Shown: positions 47,218-56,556 of the stretch, one piece after another
Position numbering within the stretch: position 1 is the first letter of the stretch
How the letters are laid out: every line of letters begins with the position of its first letter
DNA from: an uncultured Candidatus Rokubacteria bacterium
GTDB taxonomy: Bacteria > Methylomirabilota > Methylomirabilia > Rokubacteriales > DASRDR01
DNA length: 64,000 nt
NCBI GenBank assembly: GCA_963805625.1
Contig: CAWDVE010000016.1
Span: 192,001 to 256,000 of the forward strand
Direction of reading: 5' to 3'
The notes under the pieces: generated by a model
Told to the model about the DNA's origin: nothing
Database searches by the model: none
Seen by the model: only the letters and a program-made list of their open reading frames with translations
Made by a program: the position numbers and the translations under genes

Positions 47218-47322
47218 CTAGTTGAGCTGTCATTCTGACGGGGCGGGCCTGCACCGTCAATCCCTCCGCGGCGTCCGGGACCTCGGCCCGCGCGGGCGGC
47301 GGGCGAGGCTATACTGGTCGTC

Positions 47323-48525
47323 GTGACGCCGCTCGCGGGACTGGCCGTGCTCGACCTCACGCAGAACGTGGCCGGGCCGTACTGCACCCAGATCCTCGGC
47401 GACCTGGGGGCCGACGTGGTCAAGGTCGAGCGGCCGGGCCGCGGCGACGAGACGCGCGCGTGGGCGCCGCCCATTTGGGGGTCCGAGGGCGCGCTCTTCC
47501 TCGCGTTCAATCGGAACAAGCGGAGCCTCGCCCTCGACGTGAAGGCGCCCGCGGCGCGGCCGGTGATCGAGCGGCTCGTCCGCCGGTCGGACGTGCTCGT
47601 GCAGAGCTTCCGGCCCGGGAATGCCGACGCACTCGGCTTCGGCGTGGCCGAGGCGCGCACCCTCAACCCCCGGCTCGTCTACTGCTCGGTGACCGCGTTC
47701 GGCACCCGCGGCCCCCTGCGCGAGCACCCGGGCTACGATCCGATGATGCAGGGCTACAGCGGCTTCATGCGGCTCACGGGGCACCCGGGCCAGGCGCCCG
47801 TGCGCGCCGGCACCTCGATGGTCGACATGGGGACGGGGATGTGGGCGGCGCTCGCCGTCGTGGCGGCGCTCCGGGAGCGGGACCGTACGGGCGAGGGCGC
47901 GGAGGTCACCACCGCGCTCTTCGACACCGCGCTCGGGTGGATCCCGTACCAGCTCATGGGCTATCTGGCGACCGGCGAGGTGCCTCAGCCCCAGGGCTCG
48001 GGGGCGGCGATGATCGTTCCCTACCAGGCGTTCCCGACGGCCGACGGCTGGCTGATGATCACCACGCCGACGGACGCGCTCTTCGGGCGGCTCGCTGAGG
48101 CGCTGGGTCAGCCCGAGCTCGCGGCCGACCCGCGCTACCGCACGAACCCCGACCGCGTGCGGCACCGCGTGACGCTCGTGCCGGCGCTAGAGGCGTTGAC
48201 CCGCCCGTGGCCAACGGCGGCGCTCCTCGAGAGGCTCCGCGCCGCCGGGGTCACCGCGGCGCCGGTGCAGACCGTCGATCAGGTGGTGGCGGATCCCCAG
48301 ACGAAGGCGAGCGAGATGCTCGTGCCCACGCCCCGCCCCGACATCCCCGACCTCAGGACGGTCGCGCTCCCCGTGCGGTTCGGGGAGGAGCGCCCGGCGC
48401 CCCGCCGGCCCCCGCCGCGCGTGGGCGAGCACACCATCGACCTTCTCGGCGAGCTCGGGTTCGGCGCCCTCGAGATGGGGGAGCTTCGCGCCCAGGGCGT
48501 CGTGGACTGGCCGCTTCCAGAGTGA
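47323..48525 (+). CDS. Class III CoA transferase (CaiB/BaiF family)
   Basis: PLAGLAVLDL, AGPY..LGDLGADVVKVE, NRNKRS, GYD, GEHT. Confidence 0.93.
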   Translation: MTPLAGLAVLDLTQNVAGPYCTQILGDLGADVVKVERPGRGDETRAWAPPIWGSEGALFLAFNRNKRSLALDVKAPAARPVIERLVRRSDVLVQSFRPGNADALGFGVAEARTLNPRLVYCSVTAFGTRGPLREHPGYDPMMQGYSGFMRLTGHPGQAPVRAGTSMVDMGTGMWAALAVVAALRERDRTGEGAEVTTALFDTALGWIPYQLMGYLATGEVPQPQGSGAAMIVPYQAFPTADGWLMITTPTDALFGRLAEALGQPELAADPRYRTNPDRVRHRVTLVPALEALTRPWPTAALLERLRAAGVTAAPVQTVDQVVADPQTKASEMLVPTPRPDIPDLRTVALPVRFGEERPAPRRPPPRVGEHTIDLLGELGFGALEMGELRAQGVVDWPLPE

Positions 48526-49337
48526 ATGGCCGCGCGCCCGTGACCGAACCAGTCTTCCGCACGCTCCGGCTCGAGCGGTCGGCGGACGGGCACGTCCTCA
48601 CGGTCCTGCTCCACCGTCCCGAGTTCCTGAACGCGATGAACACCGCGATGGGCGAGGACCTCCTCGCCTGCTTCCGGGGCCCGGCCGCGGCCCGCGACGT
48701 GCGCGCGGTGGTCTTCGCCGGGTCGGGGGACCGCGCCTTCTGCGTCGGCGGCGACCTGAAGGAGCGCGAGGGCATGTCGGACGAGGTCTGGCGGGCCCAG
48801 CACGTGATCTTCGAGCAGGCGGCGATGGCGATCCTCCGCTGCCCGCCGCCCGTCATCGCCGCCGTGGAGGGCTTCGCGTTCGGCGGCGGGTGGGAGCTCG
48901 CCCTCCTCGCGGACTTCATCGTCGCGAGCGAGAGCGCGGCGTTCGCGTTGCCGGAGGTCACCCGCGGGATCTTTCCGGGTGTCGGCGGGACACAGCTCCT
49001 CCCCCGGATCGTGGGCGCGCCGCTGGCGAAGGAGCTGATCTTCACGGGCCGGCGCGTGGAGGCCGCCGAGGCGCGGGCGGTCGGGCTCGTGAATCATCTC
49101 GTCCCGCGCGGCCAGGCGCGGGCGAAGGCGGCCGAGCTCGCGGCCGCGATCGCCGAGAACGGGCCGGTGGCGGTGCGCCAGGCGAAGAAGGCGATCGCCT
49201 GGGGGAGCGAGACCGACCTCGAGACCGGGATGGTGCTGGCCATCGAGGCGTACAACGCCACCGTCGTCACCGAGGACCGCGTCGAGGGGGTGCGCGCGTT
49301 CAACGAGCGCCGGAAGCCCCGCTTCCAGGGGCGCTGA
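48522..49337 (+). CDS. Enoyl-CoA hydratase/isomerase
   Basis: AFCVGGDLKE, AFGGGWELAL, PEV..GIFPG.GGTQ.LPR, EG..AF.ERRKP.F. Confidence 0.92.
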   Translation: MNGRAPVTEPVFRTLRLERSADGHVLTVLLHRPEFLNAMNTAMGEDLLACFRGPAAARDVRAVVFAGSGDRAFCVGGDLKEREGMSDEVWRAQHVIFEQAAMAILRCPPPVIAAVEGFAFGGGWELALLADFIVASESAAFALPEVTRGIFPGVGGTQLLPRIVGAPLAKELIFTGRRVEAAEARAVGLVNHLVPRGQARAKAAELAAAIAENGPVAVRQAKKAIAWGSETDLETGMVLAIEAYNATVVTEDRVEGVRAFNERRKPRFQGR

Positions 49338-49347
49338 GGGCCGAGCC

Positions 49348-50514
49348 ATGGCGTCCATGCCCGTGACCCTGACCGACGAGCAGCGCGCGCTGAAGGCCGG
49401 CGTGGCCGAGATCTGCAAGCGCTATCCGGGCGAGTACTGGCGGCAGCTCGACCAGGAGCGTGCCTACCCCGAGGCGTTCGTCACGGAGCTCACCCGCGCG
49501 GGCTACCTGGGGGCGCTGGTCCCCCAGGAGTACGGGGGCGCCGGCCTCGGCATCCTCGAGGGTGGGCTGATCCTCGAGACCATCAACGCCTGCGGCGGCA
49601 ACGCCGCCGCGTGCCACGCCCAGATGTACATCATGGGGACCGTGCTCCGGCACGGCTCGGAGGCCCAGAAGCGACGCTATCTACCGAAGATCGCGTCCGG
49701 CGAGCTCCGGCTGCAGGCCTTCGGCGTGACGGAGCCGAACTCGGGCTCGGATACGACGAAGCTCCAGACGACGGCGGTCCGGCAGGGCGACCGCTACGTC
49801 GTGAACGGCCAGAAGATCTTCATCTCGCGGGTGCTCCAGTCGGACCTGATGCTGCTCCTCGCCCGGACGACGCCCGTCGATCAGGTGAAACGAAGGACGG
49901 ACGGGCTGTCAGTCTTCCTGTTCGATCTCCGCCAGGTGCAGGGGCTCGAGGTCCGGCCGCTCCGCATGATGATGAACCACTCCACGAACGCGCTCTTCTT
50001 CGACCACATGGAGATCCCCGCCGAGAGCCTTATCGGCGAGGAGGGGCGGGGCTTCGCCTACATCCTCGACGGCATGAACGCCGAACGCATTCTGGTCGCC
50101 TCCGACTCCATCGGCGACGGGCGCTGGTTCGTCGAGAAGGCGGTTGCCTACTCGAACCAGCGCGTGATCTTCGGGCGGCCCATCGGGGCGAACCAGGGCG
50201 TCCAGTTCCCGATCGCGAAGGCCCACATGGCCGTCGAGGCGGCGGAGCTGATGCGGAACAAGGCGGCCGCCCTCTTCGACGCCGGGGAACCGTGCGGCCC
50301 CGAGGCCAACATGGCGAAGTACCTCGCGGCCGAAGCCGCGTGGGACGCCGCCAACGCCTGCGTTGACTGCCACGGGGGCTACGGGTTCGCCGAGGAGTAC
50401 GACGTGGAGCGGAAGTTCCGTGAGGCGCGCCTCTACAAGACGGCGCCGGTGAACCAGAATCTCGTCATGGCCTACGTGGCCGAGCACGTCCTCGGCCTGC
50501 CGCGCTCGTACTGA
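49348..50514 (+). CDS. Acyl-CoA dehydrogenase
   Basis: FGVTEPNSGSDT, NGQKIFIS, R..FGRPIG.NQG, HGGYGFAEEYDVER. Confidence 0.93.
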   Translation: MASMPVTLTDEQRALKAGVAEICKRYPGEYWRQLDQERAYPEAFVTELTRAGYLGALVPQEYGGAGLGILEGGLILETINACGGNAAACHAQMYIMGTVLRHGSEAQKRRYLPKIASGELRLQAFGVTEPNSGSDTTKLQTTAVRQGDRYVVNGQKIFISRVLQSDLMLLLARTTPVDQVKRRTDGLSVFLFDLRQVQGLEVRPLRMMMNHSTNALFFDHMEIPAESLIGEEGRGFAYILDGMNAERILVASDSIGDGRWFVEKAVAYSNQRVIFGRPIGANQGVQFPIAKAHMAVEAAELMRNKAAALFDAGEPCGPEANMAKYLAAEAAWDAANACVDCHGGYGFAEEYDVERKFREARLYKTAPVNQNLVMAYVAEHVLGLPRSY

Positions 50515-50571
50515 GGCGGGCGTGCGCCAGCGTGTGATGACGGCCACGCGCCACTGGCTTCTCCCGGAGGA

Positions 50572-51519
50572 GTGGACCCCATGACCCTGGCGCCGATCGA
50601 CCGCGTGAGCGTCACCACCGTCGTCGACAACTCGGTGGACATCCTGCGCTCCGACGAGAAGGTGGCACGGCGCTGGAGTGTGCCGCGGGCGCGGAAGATC
50701 GCCGACCTGCGGGCGGAGCATGGCCTCGCCCATCACGTCGAGGTCGCGCGTGGGCGCGAGACGGCCCGGATCGCGTTCGACTTCGGGCTCACCGCCGCGT
50801 CCATGACCCACAACTTCCGGGAGCTCGGCCTCGACGCGGCCGCGATCGACGCGCTCGCGCTGAGCCACGGCCACTCCGACCACTTCGGAGGCCTCCTCGG
50901 CTTCCTGTCCGCGTACCGGCGCCGGATGCGGCCGGGGCTCCCCTTCTACGGGCACCCGAACCACTACGTCGGCCGCTGGAGCGAGCGAGACGGGGACCGC
51001 GTCTCACTCGGGCGCCTCGACCGCGGCGACGTCGCGCGCTGGGACGTCGACGTGGTCGACGTCGCGGAGCCGGTCGTCCTGACGGAGGGCGTGCTCCTCT
51101 CCGGGGAGATGCATGCGACCGAGCCGTACGAGGCGATCCCGCCGTCGCTCCGGATGGAGCAGGACGGCACGCTCGTCCAGGACACCTTCATTGGGGAGCA
51201 GACGCTGGTCGCCCACGTCCGGGACCGGGGCCTGGTCGTGGTGACCTCGTGCTCCCATCGCGGGATCGTCGGCATCTGCCGGAACGCGATGCGCGTGAGC
51301 CGTGTCCCGAAGATCCATGCCGTGCTCGGCGGCTTCCACCTATCCGGTCTCGACGCCGAGCGGATCGACCGGGTGGTCGAGACGTTGCGAGGTTTCGAGG
51401 TCGACTACCTCGTACCCCAGCACTGCACCGGGTTCGAGGCGTTCGTCCAGCTCGCCCAGCGGATGGGGAAGGAGCTGGTCGTGAGCTCCACCGGCTCGAC
51501 GTTCACGTTCGGGGCGTAG
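50572..51519 (+). CDS. MBL-fold metallo-hydrolase (7,8-dihydropterin-6-yl-methyl-4-(beta-D-ribofuranosyl)aminobenzene 5'-phosphate synthase-like clade)
   Basis: VVDN, AEHG, LSHGHSDHFGG, SCSHRGI, GGFHL, HCTG. Confidence 0.85.
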   Translation: MDPMTLAPIDRVSVTTVVDNSVDILRSDEKVARRWSVPRARKIADLRAEHGLAHHVEVARGRETARIAFDFGLTAASMTHNFRELGLDAAAIDALALSHGHSDHFGGLLGFLSAYRRRMRPGLPFYGHPNHYVGRWSERDGDRVSLGRLDRGDVARWDVDVVDVAEPVVLTEGVLLSGEMHATEPYEAIPPSLRMEQDGTLVQDTFIGEQTLVAHVRDRGLVVVTSCSHRGIVGICRNAMRVSRVPKIHAVLGGFHLSGLDAERIDRVVETLRGFEVDYLVPQHCTGFEAFVQLAQRMGKELVVSSTGSTFTFGA

Positions 51520-51532
51520 GGTCGCAGGCGCG

Positions 51533-51856
51533 ATGGCCGAGCTGCCCGTGGCCTGCTCCCTGAGCGAGCCCGAGCTCGTGGCCCGGCGGGCGGGCGTGCT
51601 GGCGGCGATTCGCCGCGATCAGGAAGAAGCCCGCTGGCTGCCGAACGGGGTCGCGCTCCGCTTCGCCGTCGAGCCCGACCGCCTGGCGACCCTGGCGACC
51701 TTCGTCGACCTGGAGCGCCGGTGCTGCGCGTTCCTCCGCTTCCGGCTCACGGTTGAACCGGGCGGGGGCCCGATCTGGCTCGAGCTCACCGGCCCGCCGG
51801 GGACCCGGGAGTTCCTCGCCGCCGAGCTGGTCGCGCCCGGCCCCGCCGTGCCCTGA
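51533..51856 (+). CDS. Small conserved hypothetical protein with ACSL and ExxCCxF motifs
   Basis: Intact 107-aa ORF with a recognisable Cys pattern. Confidence 0.7.
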   Translation: MAELPVACSLSEPELVARRAGVLAAIRRDQEEARWLPNGVALRFAVEPDRLATLATFVDLERRCCAFLRFRLTVEPGGGPIWLELTGPPGTREFLAAELVAPGPAVP

Positions 51857-51892
51857 GGGGGGGCCGGGGTGATCCCGAGATGGTGTGCTCGG

Positions 51893-52222
51893 TCAGTGCC
51901 GTTTCACCGGGCCGTAGAACACGACCCACGCCGCGAAATCGTCGGAGAAATCCTCGAAGCGGTGAACCTCGTGCGCGGCGACGTAGAGCAGCGCGCCCGG
52001 CCCGATCGGATCGACCCGGTCGCCGACCCGAAACTTCCCGTGCCCCGCCGCGACGATGTAGAGCTCGTCGCGGTCGTGCGGGGTCTGCGGGTCGTGTCCT
52101 TTCGGCGCGTAGAGGCGGATCTCGAGATCGCCGTCGACGAACACCTCGGCTGAGCGCCGCCCTTCCGGCAACGGCAGGGCGAGGGCGGCGGCGAGCGACA
52201 GCGGCGGGGGGCTCTTATCCAT
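51893..52222 (-). CDS. Cupin domain protein
   Basis: DPQTPHDRDELY, HRFEDFSDDF..WVVFYGP. Confidence 0.85.
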   Translation of the reverse strand: MDKSPPPLSLAAALALPLPEGRRSAEVFVDGDLEIRLYAPKGHDPQTPHDRDELYIVAAGHGKFRVGDRVDPIGPGALLYVAAHEVHRFEDFSDDFAAWVVFYGPVKRH

Positions 52223-52308
52223 CAGCGTGTCTCCGGCAGGCGAGCGCCAGCCATATGTGGTCGACGCGGCCGCCCCTCACGGTTCGGTCGTGGCGAGACC
52301 GTCGTGTC

Positions 52309-52767
52309 CTACCCGATCTGCTTCTCGTAGCAGAGGCTCACTGGGTCGGGCTTGTAGGCCCCGAACGGCGGGATGCGCCGGAAGCCCAGGCCTTCGTACA
52401 GGCCGATGGCCTCCTTCTGGTGAATCCCCGTCTCCAGCCGCAGGAGGCGAACGCCGTGCGCCCGGGCATGATCGGCCAGCTGGTTCAGGATCAGCTTGGC
52501 AAACCCGGAGCCCCGAAACTGCGGGCGCACGTACATCCGCTTGACCTCGCCGTACTCGGTGCCGAACAGCTTGATCCCGCCGCAGCTGGCGGGGACGCCA
52601 TCCGACCGGAGCACGAAGAATGCGACCGCTTCGGCGATCAGCCGCTCGACGCTGAGGCCGTGACGGCTTTCGGCCGGATAGAGCGGGTTGAGGACCGCCT
52701 CGAGCTCCGTGATCAGGGCAACCGCGTCGGGGCTGTCGGGGCGTTCCATGGTGATCACGACCGGCAT
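52309..52767 (-). CDS. GNAT family N-acetyltransferase
   Basis: EVKRMYV.P.FRGSG, LRLETG..Q.EA..LY...GF. Confidence 0.9.
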   Translation of the reverse strand: MPVVITMERPDSPDAVALITELEAVLNPLYPAESRHGLSVERLIAEAVAFFVLRSDGVPASCGGIKLFGTEYGEVKRMYVRPQFRGSGFAKLILNQLADHARAHGVRLLRLETGIHQKEAIGLYEGLGFRRIPPFGAYKPDPVSLCYEKQIG

Positions 52768-53049
52768 AGGGCGCTCTCAGTCCTTTCGGGGTGTCCGGCG
52801 AGTGCCAGCAGGGGCACTTCCAGCGGAGGGGGAGTGATGCTCGGCCGGCGCCAGCGACGCGGCTGACTGGGCCAGGGCTTCCGGCAAGATCGGTTCCTTC
52901 CCTGTGGCTGACCCCCAGTGTAGCAGGGCGGCACGACGGGGAGAGCCACGCCCCGGGGCCGCGGGCGGGGCGACCTTGGGAGCCGCCGGGGGCTCTGGTA
53001 CCCTGAATGGCCAGCGCGCGCCACGCGCGCCGGGCGGGGGGAGCGGGCC

Positions 53050-54570
53050 ATGATCCGAACACCTGCGGCATTCCTGACCGAGGGCGAGGTCCGCCGGGTC
53101 CACGAGGCCTCCCTCGAGATCCTGGAGCAGGTGGGGCTCCTCGTCCGGAACGCCCAGGCCCGCGAGATTTTCGCCCGCCACGGCTGCAAGGTGGAGGCGG
53201 GCGGCGAGAACGTCCGGTTCCCGCGCGCGGTGGTCGAGGAGCATCGGGCCGGCATGCCGCCCAGGTTCACGTTCCGGGCCCGCGACCCGGAGCTCGACCG
53301 GACGGTGCCCGACGACACGCCGGTCGTGATCTCGGGCAGCTCGGCGCCCGACATGGTCGATCCGGCGACGGGCATCGCACGGCGCGCGCTCGCCGCCGAC
53401 ATCGCGCGGATCGCCTGGCTCGTGGACCAGCTGCCGAACTACGACATCTTCTCGGTCTCGACGCTGGCCGACGACGCGCCGCCCGCCTTCTTCTCGACCA
53501 CGCGGCTCTACGCGGCGCTCAAGTACTGCCGGAAGCCGATCCGCATCAGCGGCCCGCCCGAGGAGCTCGACTCGATCCTCAAGCTCGCTCACATCATCGC
53601 CGGGGGCGAGGCCGCCTACATGGAGCGGCCATTCATCACCCACCACTACTGCCCGTGTGTCTCGCCGCTCACGATGGACTACGACTCCACGGCGACGCTC
53701 ATCTACTACGCGGAGCGCGGCCTGCCCGGCCACCCGACGCTCGTGCCGAACGCGGGGCTGACGTCGCCCCTGACACTCGCGGGCACGCTCGTCCAGGGGA
53801 ACGCCGAGTTCCTGGCGGCGGTCGTACTGGAGCAGATGGTTCGGCCGGGGAAGGCGACGATCTACTCGAGTCTGCCGACGGTGGCCGACATGCGGACGGG
53901 CGCCTATGCGCCCGGCGCGATCGAGACGGGGATGCTCTTCATGGGCGTCGCCCAGATGGCGCGCTTCTACGGCGTGCCGTGCGGCGGCTACATCGGGCTC
54001 TCGAACGCCAAGGTCAACGACGCCCAGTGCGGGTTCGAGACGGGCATGTCCGCGGTGGCGGCCCTCCTGTCGGGGAACCATCTCTTCAACATGGCTGGGC
54101 TCCTCGATGCCCTCATGTCGTTCGACTTCGCCAAGGCGGTCATCGACGACGAGATCGTGGCGATGCTCCGCCGCATCCAGCGCGGGCTCGAGATGAGCGA
54201 GGAGAACTTCGCCCTCGACGTCATCAAGGAGGTCGGGCCGGGCGGCATGTTCGCCGACCACCTCCACACGCTCGAGCGCATGCGGACCACGGGCTTCCTG
54301 CCCGAGATCGCCGACCGCGATCCGCGCCAGGGCTGGATCGAGAAGGGTGGCCTCGACGCCCAGGGGCGCGCCATGCTGCGGGTCCGCGACATCCTCACTC
54401 GCGACGCGCCGAGCCTCTTCTCCCCCGACGTCGACGCGCGTCTCCGGCAGGAGTTCGCCGGCATGATCGCGGCGGAGTTCTCGCCGCCCGAGGGCTGGAC
54501 GCGAGCCCCCGACGAGGCGCCCTCCGACCGGGCAGAGCGGCGACGCCGCCGGCTGGCGCAGCAGGCCTGA
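53050..54570 (+). CDS. Trimethylamine methyltransferase (MttB superfamily), non-pyrrolysine
   Basis: VHEASLEILE.VG, SPL, TSP.TLAG.L.Q.NAE.LA, DMRTG, K..DAQ.G.E, VGPGG.F; no in-frame amber codon. Confidence 0.9.
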   Translation: MIRTPAAFLTEGEVRRVHEASLEILEQVGLLVRNAQAREIFARHGCKVEAGGENVRFPRAVVEEHRAGMPPRFTFRARDPELDRTVPDDTPVVISGSSAPDMVDPATGIARRALAADIARIAWLVDQLPNYDIFSVSTLADDAPPAFFSTTRLYAALKYCRKPIRISGPPEELDSILKLAHIIAGGEAAYMERPFITHHYCPCVSPLTMDYDSTATLIYYAERGLPGHPTLVPNAGLTSPLTLAGTLVQGNAEFLAAVVLEQMVRPGKATIYSSLPTVADMRTGAYAPGAIETGMLFMGVAQMARFYGVPCGGYIGLSNAKVNDAQCGFETGMSAVAALLSGNHLFNMAGLLDALMSFDFAKAVIDDEIVAMLRRIQRGLEMSEENFALDVIKEVGPGGMFADHLHTLERMRTTGFLPEIADRDPRQGWIEKGGLDAQGRAMLRVRDILTRDAPSLFSPDVDARLRQEFAGMIAAEFSPPEGWTRAPDEAPSDRAERRRRRLAQQA

Positions 54571-54598
54571 GGTCCATGAACGGCCCATCGGGACCCGG

Positions 54599-55282
54599 AT
54601 GAGCGATCTGAGCCAGCTCCCGCTCGAGGAGCTCCTCGAGCAGATCCAGGACAACCTCTACGGGGGGAACGCCGAGCCCGTCGTGGCTGGCGTCCACGAG
54701 CTGCTCCGCCGCGGCCTGACACCCTACGACGCCCTCACCCAGGGGTTGATTGCCGGCATGGACGTGGTCGGCGAGGACTTCCGCATCGGCAAGCTCTTCG
54801 TCCCCCAGGTGCTGATGGCGGCGAAGGCGATGAAGGCCGGCATGGAGATCCTGCGGCCGCTGCTGGCCGAGACCGGGGCGCCCCGCATCGGCACGCTAGT
54901 CATCGGCACCGTGAAGGGCGACATTCACGACATCGGGAAGAACTTGGTCGGCATGATGATGGAAGGGGCCGGCTTCCAGGTGGTGAACCTTGGCATCAAC
55001 ACCGACGTCGAGAAGTTCCTCCACGCCGTCCGCGAGCACGCGGCCGACATCCTTGGGATGAGCGCCCTGCTCACGACGACCATGCCCTACATGCGGATCG
55101 TCATCCAGGCGCTGAAGGAGTCCGGTCTCCGCGACAAGCTGATCGTGCTCGTGGGCGGGGCGCCGCTCAACGCGGACTTCGCGAAGCAGATCGGCGCCGA
55201 CGCCTACTGCCGCGACGCGGCGAAGGCCGTCGAAACGGCGAAGCGCCTCATGGCCGAGAAGATGGGGGGCTCCCTTGCCTGA
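54599..55282 (+). CDS. Corrinoid (B12-binding) methyltransferase protein
   Basis: GTVKGDIHDIGKNLV (DxHxxG), SALLTTTM, GGAP. Confidence 0.93.
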   Translation: MSDLSQLPLEELLEQIQDNLYGGNAEPVVAGVHELLRRGLTPYDALTQGLIAGMDVVGEDFRIGKLFVPQVLMAAKAMKAGMEILRPLLAETGAPRIGTLVIGTVKGDIHDIGKNLVGMMMEGAGFQVVNLGINTDVEKFLHAVREHAADILGMSALLTTTMPYMRIVIQALKESGLRDKLIVLVGGAPLNADFAKQIGADAYCRDAAKAVETAKRLMAEKMGGSLA

Positions 55283-56174
55283 CGGCGCCCGCTGGCGCGC
55301 CCTTCTCGCGACGCCGGGCCCGATCCTGGCCGACGGCGCCATGGGGACCATGCTCTTCGAGGCGGGCCTCACCTCCGGGGATTCGCCCGAGCGCTGGAAC
55401 GTCGAGTGCCCGGACGCGATCCGCTGCGTCCATCAGGCCTACCGGGCGGCCGGCTCTCGCATCCTCCTGACCAACACGTTCGGCGGGAACCGGTTCCGTC
55501 TCGCCCTCCACGGCCTCGACACGCGCGTCGTCGAGCTCAACGAGGCCGCCGCCCGGCTGGCTGTCGAGGTCGCGCACGTGCCCGGCAGCGACGCGGTTGT
55601 TGCCGGCGACATCGGGCCGAGCGGCGGGATCCTGGCGCCTCTCGGCGACCTCGAGCGTGCCGACGCCGTGAAGGGCTTCGCCGAGCAGGCGGCCGCGCTC
55701 CACGCCGGCGGCGTCGACGTGTTCTGGATCGAGACCATGTCGGCCCTCGAGGAGGCCGAGGCGGCGCTGGAAGGCGTCCGTCAGGCCGCGCGGGGCGTGC
55801 CGGTGGTCATCACGCTGAGCTTCGATACCCACGGCCACACGATGATGGGCGTGAGCCCGGAGCAGGCCGCGAAGAAGCTGACGGCGCTGGGCGCGGTCGC
55901 GGTCGGCGGCAACTGCGGTCTCGGCCCGGCCGAGCTCCTGCCGGCGATGGTGGCGATGCACGCGGCCGCACCGGACGCGATCCTGGTCGCGAAGCCGAAC
56001 GCGGGCCTGCCGCTGCTGGAGGACGGCCGCGCAGTCTACCAGGGCAGCCCCGGCGAGATGGCCGACTACGCGCGGCGCCTCGTGGCCGCGGGCGTGCGCA
56101 TCGTCGGCGGCTGCTGCGGCAGCGCGCCCGCGCACCTCCGCGCGATGGCCGAAGCGCTGGCCCTGGCGCCGTGA
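55275..56174 (+). CDS. Homocysteine S-methyltransferase (stand-alone MetH Hcy domain / Bmt-like)
   Basis: DGAMGT, TNTFG, IETMS, GGNCG, PNAGLP, GGCCG Zn ligands. Confidence 0.92.
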   Translation: MPDGARWRALLATPGPILADGAMGTMLFEAGLTSGDSPERWNVECPDAIRCVHQAYRAAGSRILLTNTFGGNRFRLALHGLDTRVVELNEAAARLAVEVAHVPGSDAVVAGDIGPSGGILAPLGDLERADAVKGFAEQAAALHAGGVDVFWIETMSALEEAEAALEGVRQAARGVPVVITLSFDTHGHTMMGVSPEQAAKKLTALGAVAVGGNCGLGPAELLPAMVAMHAAAPDAILVAKPNAGLPLLEDGRAVYQGSPGEMADYARRLVAAGVRIVGGCCGSAPAHLRAMAEALALAP

Positions 56175-56210
56175 ACCCACAGGCCGAAGGCCGTCGGACA
56201 AACCCCGCCC

Positions 56211-56504
56211 GTGTACTTCGCCGTCCACCGCGTTCGAGGGCCAGCCTGGAATGCTTCCAGGCCCATGCGGGAGCAAGCCCTCTGGCGGGAGCACGCCGAT
56301 TTCATGAACGCCCTGGTGGCGGCGGGATTCGTCGTCCTCGGCGGCCCGCTCGGGCGCGGCGAGGAGGTCCTGCTGGTGATCGAATCGAGCAGCACGGAGG
56401 CCGTCCGAGAGCGCCTTGGCGAGGACCCGTGGAGCGAGGCAGGGTTGCTGGAGGTCGCCCGGGTGGAGCCGTGGACCATCCTGCTCGACGGTCGATCGGC
56501 ATGA
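56211..56504 (+). CDS. YciI-like protein
   Basis: W.EHA.FM..L...G.V.LGGP, DPW. Confidence 0.7.
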   Translation: MYFAVHRVRGPAWNASRPMREQALWREHADFMNALVAAGFVVLGGPLGRGEEVLLVIESSSTEAVRERLGEDPWSEAGLLEVARVEPWTILLDGRSA

Positions 56505-56556
56505 GTGGCCTGTCCGTTGGGTCGCACACGATGGCCGAGGGGCCGGGAGTCCAGCC

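Noticed and set aside
52768-53049. Cobalamin riboswitch near the B12-dependent operon
   Set aside because: Only a GCCACAGGGAAGG-like fragment, on the strand opposite to mttB; no B12 box or other conserved core elements recognisable
53050-54570. Pyrrolysine recoding in MttB
   Set aside because: The ORF is full length without an in-frame TAG, and no pyl genes are in the window
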